A DNA stretch of 49,232 nt from Parcubacteria group bacterium GW2011_GWA2_49_9 (lineage in GTDB: Bacteria; Patescibacteriota; Minisyncoccia; Phycocordibacterales; UBA10002), in assembly GCA_001004005.1 (NCBI GenBank), contig LCQF01000006.1:1-49232 (forward strand), given 5' to 3'. The position numbers and the translations under genes were made by a program. Shown here one piece after another: positions 1 through 9,184 of the stretch. The notes beneath the pieces were generated by a model, which had not been told where the DNA came from, did no database searches, and saw nothing but the letters and a program-made list of their open reading frames with translations. Every line of letters starts with the position of its first letter. The stretch's first letter is position 1.

Positions 1-1059
1 AGGATTGCGGGCAGATTAGGGGGGGCATTTACTTACGACGGCGATGGTAAGTTGAATTTTTATATTCAAAAAGGAAGTTATCAGCTTTTGGAAAACACAT
101 TCGGTTTCGAGAAACTGGACTTTAACAATATAGAAGGACAGATCGGTCTGAAAAACGGAGCGCTCAAAATAAGCAAATTAGCACTGAAAGGCGACAAGAT
201 AAGCTATTTTCTGAAAGGCGATATCTGCGCACCACTCAAGATTGATGGACCCGTGGACTATATCATTCATCTCGCGGGTATCGCTTCACCTGTGTATTAC
301 ATTAAATATCCGCTTGAAACGATTCACACCGCGACTATCGGCACGGAGAATCTCTTGGAACTCGCCCGAAAGAAAAAGGCGAAGAAGTTTCTCTTTTTCA
401 GCTCAAGCGAAATTTACGGAGACCCCGCGCCTGAATTCGTGCCAACTCCCGAAACCTACCGCGGAAACGTATCCTCTACCGGTCCCCGCGCCTGCTATGA
501 CGAAAGTAAACGTCTTGGCGAGACACTCTGTATGGTGTACCACACGGTCCATAAGGTGCCTATTGTTATCGTGCGCCCCTTTAATGTCTATGGACCTGGG
601 ATGAAGCAGGAAGACCGGCGCGTGGTCCCGCAATTTCTCTCCTGCGCGTTCGCGGGGAAGCCCCTTCCGATTCACGGGAGTGGACTGCAGACACGAAGTT
701 ACTGTTACATCACCGACGCGGTTATCGGCTTTTTCAAAACGCTTCTTACGAAACGGAGCGGAGAAGTCTATAACATCGGCAGTCATGAAGGAGAAACGAA
801 CTTGGTTGATTTGGCCAAAGCGCTTGAAAAACTCTTGAAGCGTAAACTTGTTGTCGCGAAGATTCCGTATCCTCCCGAGTATCCTGCCGACGAACCAAGC
901 CGGAGATGTCCCGACCTCACCAAGGCGAAAAAGGAACTCGCGTATGTTCCTAAAGTGAACCTTGAAACGGGACTTCGCCGCATCATCAACTGGTATGAGG
1001 ACACCTATGTAGCGGAAGTTCCGGTTAAACGAAACGCGCAAACACGAAAGAAAAAGTAG
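1..1059 (+). CDS. NAD-dependent epimerase/dehydratase, UDP-glucuronate decarboxylase-like extended SDR; 5' end open to window edge; N-terminal ~50-60 aa do not look like an SDR
   Basis: The frame is open from nt 1 (ORF track 52..1059, TTG). From 'VDYIIHLAGIASPVYY' onward the SDR hallmarks are present: 'SSSEIYG', catalytic Y-x3-K in 'CYDESKRLGE', 'RPFNVYGPG', 'GSGLQTRSYCYITD'. There is no GxxGxxG Rossmann motif. The upstream 'GLKNGALKISKLALKGDKIS' segment looks like a different protein. Confidence 0.7.
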   Translation, partial: RIAGRLGGAFTYDGDGKLNFYIQKGSYQLLENTFGFEKLDFNNIEGQIGLKNGALKISKLALKGDKISYFLKGDICAPLKIDGPVDYIIHLAGIASPVYYIKYPLETIHTATIGTENLLELARKKKAKKFLFFSSSEIYGDPAPEFVPTPETYRGNVSSTGPRACYDESKRLGETLCMVYHTVHKVPIVIVRPFNVYGPGMKQEDRRVVPQFLSCAFAGKPLPIHGSGLQTRSYCYITDAVIGFFKTLLTKRSGEVYNIGSHEGETNLVDLAKALEKLLKRKLVVAKIPYPPEYPADEPSRRCPDLTKAKKELAYVPKVNLETGLRRIINWYEDTYVAEVPVKRNAQTRKKK

Positions 1060-1103
1060 GAGAGCGGGACGGGAGTGTTCGTTCGTACGCTCCATTCGGT
1101 GAA

Positions 1104-1253
1104 GTAACTCTCCACACCTGTCGAAGAATGTCTTAATTCCTCCTTTTCTAAAGGAGGTGCCCGAGTCTTCGAGGGCGGGGGATTTAGAAAATCCCTTCTG
1201 CATAAGAATGCAGTGCTCCCTTTAGGAAAGGGAGAATAAGAGTGGAGAGGTAC
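1104..1253. mobile_element. MITE-like palindromic element, intergenic full-length copy (~150 bp) with terminal inverted repeats
   Basis: Left end 'gtaactctccac' matches the reverse complement of the right end 'gtggagaggtac' at 11/12. The interior has hairpin modules 'cctccttttctaaaggagg', 'ctgcataagaatgcag' and 'ctccctttaggaaagggag'. The module order parallels the element at 34156-34301. Confidence 0.7.
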
Positions 1254-1328
1254 TTCGGGGGTGCGTTGACTTCTAACGTCTTCGTGTGAATATAGGTTGT
1301 ATTCCCATATAAGGTCTTGAATATTTGT

Positions 1329-2267
1329 ATGCAAACTAAAACTAAACTGTCTGTCGTTGTACCTCTCTATAACGAGGCGCAATCTGTCGCGCCGCTCCAC
1401 GGCCGCATCATTAAAGCTCTACGAGAATTTGATTCTTTTGAGGTACTCTTTGTTGACGACGGTTCAACAGACAGTACCTTCGCTGAAATACAAAAACTTG
1501 CGCCCATTGTCGCGCTTAAACTTTCGCGGAACTTCGGGCAAACTGCGGCACTTGCCGCGGGGATTTCCAAAGCAACCGGGGATGTAATAGTGACGCTTGA
1601 CGGTGATCTTGAAAACGACCCGAGTGATATCCCAAAACTTATTACCAAACTTCAAGAAGGTTTTGATGTAGTCTCGGGATGGAGAAAAAACCGCTGGCAA
1701 GGACAGTGGTTTTCAAGGCGCATTCCCTCCGTCATTGCGAATTCTCTCATCTCCCTTGCTACCGGAGCAAGACTCCATGACCACGGCTGTACATTAAAGG
1801 CCTATCGGCGGGACACCCTCACACACCTCAAACTCTACGGGGAAATGCATCGTATGATTGCGGCGTACGCGAAACTCTTTTGCCAAGCAAGACTCGCGGA
1901 GATTCCGGTTAGCTATACTTCACGCCAGTTTGGGAAGTCAAAGTACGGTATACTTCGGTCCTTTAAAGTAATTCTTGACCTTGTGGCAATACGTTTTTTT
2001 GTGAAATACGCGAATCGCCCGATGCACTTCTTCGGGGCCATCGGCTTTTTCTCATGTTTTCTCGGTCTCCTTGCGCTCGCAGGGATGTTCTATTTTAAAT
2101 ACGCTCTCGGCATCACCTTCATAGAAACACCGCTACCGACGCTTTCGGGAGTCTTTACCATCATCGGGGTTCAATTCATTTTAATGGGACTGCTAGCGGA
2201 GCTTATCGTGCGTAATTCTGCTGAGGCAAAGACGTTTATTGTTGAAGAAGAAGTTAGGAATACGTGA
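1329..2267 (+). CDS. GT2 polyprenyl-phosphate glycosyltransferase (ArnC/GtrB/DPM1-like) with C-terminal TM helices
   Basis: 'LSVVVPLYNE', 'VLFVDDGSTD', 'LSRNFGQTAAL', 'TLDGDLENDP'; two hydrophobic C-terminal segments. The ATG at 1329 is preferred over the TTG at 1317. Confidence 0.9.
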   Translation: MQTKTKLSVVVPLYNEAQSVAPLHGRIIKALREFDSFEVLFVDDGSTDSTFAEIQKLAPIVALKLSRNFGQTAALAAGISKATGDVIVTLDGDLENDPSDIPKLITKLQEGFDVVSGWRKNRWQGQWFSRRIPSVIANSLISLATGARLHDHGCTLKAYRRDTLTHLKLYGEMHRMIAAYAKLFCQARLAEIPVSYTSRQFGKSKYGILRSFKVILDLVAIRFFVKYANRPMHFFGAIGFFSCFLGLLALAGMFYFKYALGITFIETPLPTLSGVFTIIGVQFILMGLLAELIVRNSAEAKTFIVEEEVRNT

Positions 2268-2280
2268 AAGCGGGAAAGTA

Positions 2281-2382
2281 ACCCAGCCGTAGTTTTGGGG
2301 AATAGAGTATATCTTTTTATTAGTGTATAACACTCAAGGGCGGACTGTCAGGTGTTCACGTTGGGTGAAACTACAGCTGGGT
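2281..2382. repeat. Inverted repeat (15-16 bp arms) enclosing ~70 bp in the GT2-asnB intergenic region
   Basis: 'acccagccgtagtttt' (2281-2296) versus 'gaaactacagctgggt' (2367-2382), reverse complement with one mismatch. Confidence 0.6.
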
Positions 2383-2421
2383 GGCGATTTTTATAATTGC
2401 TCCGCTCCTTAAAAATCAGCC

Positions 2422-4293
2422 ATGTGTGGTATCGCAGGATTCGTCGGCGAAGGGACACGCGAACATCTCAAGAAGATGACGCGCGCCATTTCGTATAGGG
2501 GACCTGACGGAGAGGGTTTTCTTTTTGACGCGAAAGCTGGCGTAGGGCTTGGTCATCGGCGTCTCTCTATTATTGATCTCCAAGGAGGAGGCCAGCCTAT
2601 CTACAACGAAGATAGGAGCGTGGCGGTCATATTCAACGGAGAGATTTATAATTTTGAGGCATTACGCGCAACGCTTTTGCCGCGCCATACGTTTGCCACT
2701 AAGAGCGATACCGAAGTCATCGCGCATCTGTATGAAGAGAAAGGAGAAAAGCTTTTTGAGAACCTTTCTGGGATGTTTGCAATCGCGCTTTATGATTCAA
2801 AGAAAGAGCGCCTTCTTCTCGCACGTGACCGGCTGGGAAAGAAGCCTCTCTACTGGGGCATGTTCGGAGGGACGCTCCTGTTCGGTTCAGAGCAAAAAGC
2901 GCTTATGCAGCATCCACTTTTTACGCGAGAGCTTGATATAGAATCTTTGGCCTCTTATATGAGCCTCGACTATGTACCGACACCACGCGGCATCTTCAAG
3001 GGTGTGTATAAGCTTCCGCCTGCGTCATATCTCGTCTTTGAAAACCGGAAGATCAAGCAGGAGATATTCTGGAAACCACACTTCGAAGAGAGTAAGATCT
3101 CTTTCGCTGAAGCGCTTACCGGGCTTGATACCCGACTCGCACACAGTGTGAAGGAACGTCTTGTTGCCGACGTGCCACTTGGCATCTTTCTCTCGGGCGG
3201 GATTGATAGTACGACGATCGCCTACTACGCGCAAAAGAACAGTGCCAGGCCTATTGAAACATTTTCCGTAGCATTTAAGGAAAAGAGTTTTGACGAATCG
3301 GCGTATGCGAAGCTTGCGGCGAAACATCTCGGGACGAGTCACCATGAAGCTACCTTTACAGCAAAAGATCTTCTTGACTCTGTGCCGACTGTATTCGGCC
3401 TTCTTGACGAGCCCCTCGCCGACCCTTCAATCCTCCCTACGTCTCTTCTTTCATCATTCACCCGAAAAAAAGTCACCGTGGCGCTCGGCGGAGACGGGGG
3501 AGACGAACTTTTTGCTGGTTATCCGACGTTTCAGGCAGAGCGGTTTGCTACTCTGTTCGCACATCTACCTCGTGCTGTTAAAAGCGCTGCAGCCTTCTTT
3601 GCCGACAAGCTCCCCGTGCAGCAGCACAAGGGTCTCGGTATGCAATTCAAAGCGGAGAAATTCATAGAAGGCTTCGGTGTCGAGCCAAAATATCGTCACG
3701 CACGCTGGCTCGGGAGCTTTGGCACCGGCGACTATGTGAAGATGTTCACTCCCGATATTCTCCGGTCGCTCAGCTTCTATAATCCATATGAACCCGTAGA
3801 TCGATATCTTGAAGAGGCACGCATAGCTTCGCCTGAGAATGCGCTTCTGTATGTATATCTCCGGACCTATCTTATGGATCAAGTCCTTGTGAAAGTGGAC
3901 CGTGCCAGCATGTGGAATGCGCTTGAGGTGCGTGCCCCGTTCCTTGACGAGCATCTGGTTGATTTTGTGCAGTCGTTACCTTATGATTTCAAGTGCAACG
4001 GCTGGAGAACAAAATATATCCTGAAAGAGCTTATGCGTGACAAGTTACCGCGCGCAATCGTTGAGCGGCAAAAGAAGGGGTTCGGCGTTCCCGTTGGAGC
4101 GTGGCTCAAAGCGGACCTTCGTGATCTCACACATGACGCACTTTCGGAGTCAAGGATACGAAAGGACGGCATCTTCGAACCTAAGTATGTGCAGACGCTC
4201 CTTCGGGAGCATGAGAGAGGAACGCGAAACCACCGCAAGCTCCTTTGGTCGCTTCTCGTGTTTCAGTTATGGCAACTGAAGTGGGGAAGATAA
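2422..4293 (+). CDS. asnB: Asparagine synthase (glutamine-hydrolysing)
   Basis: N-terminal 'MCGIAGF' Ntn nucleophile, 'HRRLSIIDL', the PP-loop 'SGGIDST', and a length of 623 aa. Confidence 0.92.
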   Translation: MCGIAGFVGEGTREHLKKMTRAISYRGPDGEGFLFDAKAGVGLGHRRLSIIDLQGGGQPIYNEDRSVAVIFNGEIYNFEALRATLLPRHTFATKSDTEVIAHLYEEKGEKLFENLSGMFAIALYDSKKERLLLARDRLGKKPLYWGMFGGTLLFGSEQKALMQHPLFTRELDIESLASYMSLDYVPTPRGIFKGVYKLPPASYLVFENRKIKQEIFWKPHFEESKISFAEALTGLDTRLAHSVKERLVADVPLGIFLSGGIDSTTIAYYAQKNSARPIETFSVAFKEKSFDESAYAKLAAKHLGTSHHEATFTAKDLLDSVPTVFGLLDEPLADPSILPTSLLSSFTRKKVTVALGGDGGDELFAGYPTFQAERFATLFAHLPRAVKSAAAFFADKLPVQQHKGLGMQFKAEKFIEGFGVEPKYRHARWLGSFGTGDYVKMFTPDILRSLSFYNPYEPVDRYLEEARIASPENALLYVYLRTYLMDQVLVKVDRASMWNALEVRAPFLDEHLVDFVQSLPYDFKCNGWRTKYILKELMRDKLPRAIVERQKKGFGVPVGAWLKADLRDLTHDALSESRIRKDGIFEPKYVQTLLREHERGTRNHRKLLWSLLVFQLWQLKWGR

Positions 4294-5067
4294 GTGAATT
4301 TTATGGCATCGACCGAACGTTTTGGATACGAATGGGACAAGTACGCCTCGATGGACGAGCGCTATGAAGCGCAGTTTCGAAACTGGACCTATCCGCTCGC
4401 CGAAGATGATTTCAAAGGCAAAAAAATCCTTGACGCGGGGTGCGGAATGGGTAGGAATAGCTTCTGGCCTCTTTCGTGGGGAGCACGGGTGGCGGTCGCA
4501 TTCGACTTTGACCGACGCTCGGTGGCTCGCGCTAAAGAAACGCTCGCAACTTTTCCAAACGCACGCGTCGAGTACAAAAGTATCTACGAGCTTTCGTGGA
4601 AAGATGAATTTGATATCGCCTTCAGCATCGGAGTTATTCATCATCTGAAGGAACCGGAACTCGCTCTTCGCAATCTTGTTACGGCTCTCCGATCTGGCGG
4701 AACGCTTCTTGTGTGGGTGTATAGTTATGAAGGAAACGAATGGATAGTGAGTTATGTAAATCCAATTCGGAAACACATAACGTCAAAATTACCCCTTCCC
4801 CTGGTACACTTTCTTTCCTACTTCTGTTCCGTTCCGCTCTTTATACTCGTCAAGCTAATGAGAGGACCATCAAAGTATCTGAAACAACTTTCTACGTTCA
4901 GATTTCGGCATATACACAGCATTGTCTTTGACCAACTTATTCCCGAAATCGCCAATTATTGGTCAAAAACGGAGGTTGAAGCGCTGGGAAAGGGTATAGG
5001 GCTTTCCGGCTTTGACGTTTATGCGCCACCTAATAAACTCGGATGGATACTTTGCGGTAAAAAATAA
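4294..5067 (+). CDS. Class I SAM-dependent methyltransferase
   Basis: Motif I 'ILDAGCGMGRNS', 'IAFSIGVIHHL', 'LRSGGTLLVWVY'. GTG start at 4294 or ATG at 4303, abutting the asnB stop. Confidence 0.85.
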   Translation: MNFMASTERFGYEWDKYASMDERYEAQFRNWTYPLAEDDFKGKKILDAGCGMGRNSFWPLSWGARVAVAFDFDRRSVARAKETLATFPNARVEYKSIYELSWKDEFDIAFSIGVIHHLKEPELALRNLVTALRSGGTLLVWVYSYEGNEWIVSYVNPIRKHITSKLPLPLVHFLSYFCSVPLFILVKLMRGPSKYLKQLSTFRFRHIHSIVFDQLIPEIANYWSKTEVEALGKGIGLSGFDVYAPPNKLGWILCGKK

Positions 5068-5068
5068 C

Positions 5069-5651
5069 ATGAATGAAACATCTTCCAAGGACCGAGTGGA
5101 GAATATACGGGACGCTTTTAAGCGTTGGCCGCGTTTATATTTCTTCATTGCGACCGTCTTCGGTCCGCTTATGTTTTGCGGCTTAAGCGGAAAAGGGTTC
5201 CTCAAAAAGTACGGCAGTGAGGGGGTATGTCTCAATCTCGGTTCCGGTCCGAGAGTTATCGGTGAGGAGGTGGTTAATGTCGATATGTATCCATACAAGG
5301 GTGTATCGGTCATTGCGGATATTACCGCTCTTCCGTTCAAAGACGGAAGCGTGTCGCGAATCGTATGTGATACGGTGCTTGAGCATGTGCATGACCCCAT
5401 ACAAGCAGTGCGTGAGATGCACAGGGTGCTTATGCAGGGATCGGGCTGGTCCGTTTTCCGCCTTGACCGTGTGGCTTTGTTATTTCTTTGCAAGCGCGTT
5501 CTCGTTCGGTAGCAAGAGTCTCTATTGGGTTCTTATCAATATGGCAATGTTTATTTTCTTCCCCATAAAACTTCTTGATATCGTCGGTAATCATTTACCG
5601 CAGGCAACAAATATGGCAGCCGTGCTGTATGTGGTCATTAGGAAGAAGTAA
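5069..5651 (+). pseudogene. Class I SAM-dependent methyltransferase (type 11-like), split over two frames near 5436-5445
   Basis: Frame 1 reads 'LNLGSGPRVIG..NVDMYPY..ADITALPFKDGSVSRIVCDTVLEHVHDP..REMHRVLMQG' and then becomes nonsense. Frame 2 resumes with 'GPFSALTVWLCYFFASAFSFGSKSLYWV..PIKLLD..VVIRKK'. The combined length of ~190 aa seems ~40 aa short for this architecture. Confidence 0.65.
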
Positions 5652-5657
5652 CATCGT

Positions 5658-6407
5658 ATGAATAAGGATTTTGAAAAAAGGTATCTCACCCAAGGTCCCT
5701 CCCACTGGTGGACACGTTCAAGGCGGGATATATTACTCCGAATGGCGCGCGCGTATCCTCAAAGCACGCGAATTCTCGATATAGGTTGTGGCGGCGGGGA
5801 GCTCTTGCGAGACCTGCGTCACGCCGGGTTTCAGCATGTTACCGGCATAGATATAAGTGAAGAGTCAATTTCATTTTGCAGGAACCAGAACATATCGGAA
5901 GTCTATCGCATGGATGCCGCGAAGCTTAATTTTCCCGACGCTTCTTTCGATCTCGTTATTGCTTCCGATATCTTGGAACACATGAAAGATGACGAGGCAG
6001 TATTGCGGGAGTGGCGTCGCGTGCTTGCCGACAAGGGGGTACTCATCCTCTTTGTACCCGCGTTTATGTTTTTGTGGAGCAAACATGATGAAGTGAATCA
6101 CCATTACCGGAGGTATACAAAGAAGGTTCTTCTCGGGAAGTTTTCAGCGGCAGGTTTTTCAATCGGACACATAGGATATTGGAATTTTTTGCTGTTTCTT
6201 CCCATCGCTCTGGTCCGGCTCTTTCAGACCGCCCTTGGTGTTTTATTCGGTAAGAAAGACGCGGGCGACCGGATAAGCGGGCTGGGGACCGGTTTTTTGA
6301 ACGGGTTGCTATCACGTATCGTACGATGCGAGAACGCTTTTATCGGGGTAGGGTGCTCACTGCCTATCGGGTCAAGTATCTACGTCGTCGCCCGAAAAAC
6401 ACACTAA
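5658..6407 (+). CDS. Class I SAM-dependent methyltransferase
   Basis: 'ILDIGCGGGELLRDL', 'DLVIASDILEHMKDD', 'LADKGVLILFVP'. Confidence 0.88.
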   Translation: MNKDFEKRYLTQGPSHWWTRSRRDILLRMARAYPQSTRILDIGCGGGELLRDLRHAGFQHVTGIDISEESISFCRNQNISEVYRMDAAKLNFPDASFDLVIASDILEHMKDDEAVLREWRRVLADKGVLILFVPAFMFLWSKHDEVNHHYRRYTKKVLLGKFSAAGFSIGHIGYWNFLLFLPIALVRLFQTALGVLFGKKDAGDRISGLGTGFLNGLLSRIVRCENAFIGVGCSLPIGSSIYVVARKTH

Positions 6408-6409
6408 TC

Positions 6410-8215
6410 ATGTTACCGCGATTTTCTTTAATTCTCACCGGACAGGCAAGAGTCCACGTTGTGGCGCTGGTATGCGCTTTGTGTGTAGGCGTACTGTATG
6501 TAGCCCCGTACGTTTTCTTCAGAGTTTCGGCAGGTGATGCATATCGGAGAATACCGATGATGCAAAGTACGAATGAGGACGAGTACCTGATGCGCATACA
6601 GGAGATTATTGACGGACATCCGTCTCTCGGCTCGCCGGTCTTCTATGAATACAAAAGTGAACCCCCTCTGTCGCCTCCGGTTGGCGAATTTCTGTACGCG
6701 CTTCCGACTCTCATGCTCGGGATATCGCCCATTACGACGCTTGTCGCAAGTAAGTTTTTCCTGCCCGCACTCCTGTTTCTTTTAGTGTATCTTCTTGCGT
6801 GGCGGCTTTCTGGGGCCGAAAACGGTGTCGTAAGCAAGCTCTCCGCTCTTGCGGCGGCATTCTTCGTAACGCTCGGATACGACCTTATCGATTACAGAAC
6901 TGTTTGGAATTTTCTCACAGGTGCAGCTTCTCCCGGAAGTTTTTTGCTCTGGTCAAGGCCGGTGAATCCAATTCTCGGCGCACTTTTCCTGTTTTCTTTT
7001 TTACTTCCTCTCCACGCTCTTGTTGAAGGAACAAAGTGGCGCAAGACTGTCATAGCTCTCGCCGCCGTGTTCCTCGCCTGTATGTTCGGGAGCTATTTTT
7101 TCAGCTGGGGTATTGCGGTTTCAATTCTCGCTATACTAGTGCTCTTTCTTCTTATACGCAAAGAGTATCGAACCGCCGGTACGCTTGCCCTTGTGGTGCC
7201 GGCCGGTATGTTGTGCGCCTTGCCGTATTTCATAGCCATATGGCGCGCGGCGCAAAGTCCCTGGTATGAAACTTCAGTTCTCCGAAGCGGGCTATTTCTG
7301 ACGCACTATCCGCTTTGGAATAAGCTTCTGCTCGTCTCGCTCTTCTTTTTTGCAGTTACAGTCGCGTGTGATTTCTTTCTGAAGAAAAGGAAAAAAATTA
7401 TATTTCGTCTTGAATCGTGGCATTGGTTCTGTTTCTCGTTGCTTCTTGGCGGACTCTGGGTGTATATACAGCAACTATTTACGGGCAGAACAATTTGGCC
7501 GTATCATTTTGTGCAGTATACGATTCCGCTGTCCATAGTGGTCGGAATGACCGTTGTGGAGCGAAGTATCCGGCAGTACAGTCGGTATCTCTACTTCGTA
7601 CTCATATCGATTATCATCCTTTCCTCCGTTACTTTCGGAATATATACACAGGTGAGCGTCTATGCGCAGTTTCGCCCCTATTACGTCGAGTTACAACGTT
7701 ATGGAGCGTTATTTACCTTACTGAACGCACAAGAGAGCGACTGTGTCGTCTTGCAGACAAGTATGGAGGAACATACAGGTCTTGACCATCTGATTCCGGC
7801 CTTTACGCACTGCAATTTGTATGACTCGTCCTCCGTATACTCGCTTCTTCCCGAAGAGCGTATTTTACACAACTATCTGGTGCGCCTGTATTTTAGAGGC
7901 GTTAGTCCGGATACCATAGAGGAGTTTCTTCAAAGTCCCGATTCCGAAGCGCGGGGCTATCTCTCGTCAAACTGGAAAGGAGTGTTCGGGGTTACGGACT
8001 TTCCCGATTTTTCCGACCCACTTTTTGAGAAACGATTACAGGAATTCCCAGAGCAGTATAGAGCGTTTGCGCGAAAAGACTTCGAAACGGAACTTCGGAA
8101 GTATCGCTTGGACTATATTCTCGTTAAGGGCGAGCCGTCAGCAAACGCGCGGAAGTTACTTCAATTAAAGAAAGTGCTGTATGTGGACAAAGATGTGAGC
8201 GTGTATCAATTTTAG
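6410..8215 (+). CDS. Large polytopic membrane protein of unknown function with a C-terminal soluble domain (possible glycan polymerase or lipid-linked-sugar glycosyltransferase)
   Basis: About 12 hydrophobic segments over the first ~430 aa, then a hydrophilic ~170 aa tail. The ATG at 6410 overlaps the upstream stop (6407). I recognise no diagnostic motif. Confidence 0.6.
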   Translation: MLPRFSLILTGQARVHVVALVCALCVGVLYVAPYVFFRVSAGDAYRRIPMMQSTNEDEYLMRIQEIIDGHPSLGSPVFYEYKSEPPLSPPVGEFLYALPTLMLGISPITTLVASKFFLPALLFLLVYLLAWRLSGAENGVVSKLSALAAAFFVTLGYDLIDYRTVWNFLTGAASPGSFLLWSRPVNPILGALFLFSFLLPLHALVEGTKWRKTVIALAAVFLACMFGSYFFSWGIAVSILAILVLFLLIRKEYRTAGTLALVVPAGMLCALPYFIAIWRAAQSPWYETSVLRSGLFLTHYPLWNKLLLVSLFFFAVTVACDFFLKKRKKIIFRLESWHWFCFSLLLGGLWVYIQQLFTGRTIWPYHFVQYTIPLSIVVGMTVVERSIRQYSRYLYFVLISIIILSSVTFGIYTQVSVYAQFRPYYVELQRYGALFTLLNAQESDCVVLQTSMEEHTGLDHLIPAFTHCNLYDSSSVYSLLPEERILHNYLVRLYFRGVSPDTIEEFLQSPDSEARGYLSSNWKGVFGVTDFPDFSDPLFEKRLQEFPEQYRAFARKDFETELRKYRLDYILVKGEPSANARKLLQLKKVLYVDKDVSVYQF

Positions 8216-8237
8216 ACTGCGTGGTAACCTTCCATCT

Positions 8238-9071
8238 ATGACGCCCCGAGAAGTATACAAAACCTATTTCAGTTTTCCACCGCTTGATGGACTCATTAAG
8301 ATGTTGCTTAACAATGCCGTTACGTTCATTGCGTGGGTGAAAGGGTTTCATTTTCCCGAGAACTATTTCCGTCAGCAGAGATGGGAAATGCTCACTGGAC
8401 GTTACGAACCCGACAGCGTGGCGGTCTTTCGGAGTTTGATTACGCCCGGTATGGTCGTCGTTGATGTAGGCGCGCACATCGGCTATTTCTCCAGGCTGTT
8501 TTCTCTGCTGTCAGGGAGAAAAGGAACAGTTCTTGCGCTTGAAGCCGACCCGTTTATCTTCGAGCTCCTCAAAAAGAATGTCAGCAGACATTCCAACGTA
8601 GTGACACGGCACGTGGCGGTGAGTGACCAAAGCGGCATGATTGACTTCTATCATAGCGATGAAAAGAGCGGGTGCGGTTCGGTACTAGGAAAACTTCCCG
8701 TCTCATTTAAAAAGACAAGACTTACGGTTCCGGCAAATTCGCTTGATACCATCGTGGCGGAAGCCGGACTTTCACGTGTTGATTTTATCAAAATGGATAT
8801 TGAAGGTGGGGAGCCGCGTGCGCTTTCCGGTATGCAAAAGACTTTGGCAGAGAACCCTGCTATCATACTTGTGACCGAATTCGCTCCCGAATGGCTCCGT
8901 GCGGGAGGTATGGAGCCACTTAGGTTTCTTGAAGCGCTCAAAGATTTCGGTTTCGCCATCCACGCTATTATTGATGGATCACTGCTCCCCTTCAATCCGA
9001 AGACGGAAGAAGAAATGAAAGCGGCAATGCCCTCCTATTTTATGAATATTTGTTGCAAACGAGAGGGATAA
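8238..9071 (+). CDS. FkbM-family methyltransferase
   Basis: 'VVVDVGAHIGYFS', 'FIKMDIEGGEPRAL', and a length of 277 aa. Confidence 0.85.
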   Translation: MTPREVYKTYFSFPPLDGLIKMLLNNAVTFIAWVKGFHFPENYFRQQRWEMLTGRYEPDSVAVFRSLITPGMVVVDVGAHIGYFSRLFSLLSGRKGTVLALEADPFIFELLKKNVSRHSNVVTRHVAVSDQSGMIDFYHSDEKSGCGSVLGKLPVSFKKTRLTVPANSLDTIVAEAGLSRVDFIKMDIEGGEPRALSGMQKTLAENPAIILVTEFAPEWLRAGGMEPLRFLEALKDFGFAIHAIIDGSLLPFNPKTEEEMKAAMPSYFMNICCKREG

Positions 9072-9121
9072 CATATACGGCAGTATAAGGGTTCTATTCG
9101 TGTCATTTTTGTTTAACTTTT

Positions 9122-9166
9122 GGATTTCTCATTTAGAATTTGTTTCGGATTTCGATATTAGAATTT
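9122..9166 (+). promoter_or_regulatory. Tandem ~25-bp imperfect direct repeat upstream of gmd, each copy containing a TAGAAT (-10-like) hexamer
   Basis: 'ggatttctcatttagaattt' (9122-9141) and 'ggatttcgatattagaattt' (9147-9166), lying 19 bp upstream of the gmd ATG. Confidence 0.35.
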
Positions 9167-9184
9167 CGAATTTATACAGAAGTT

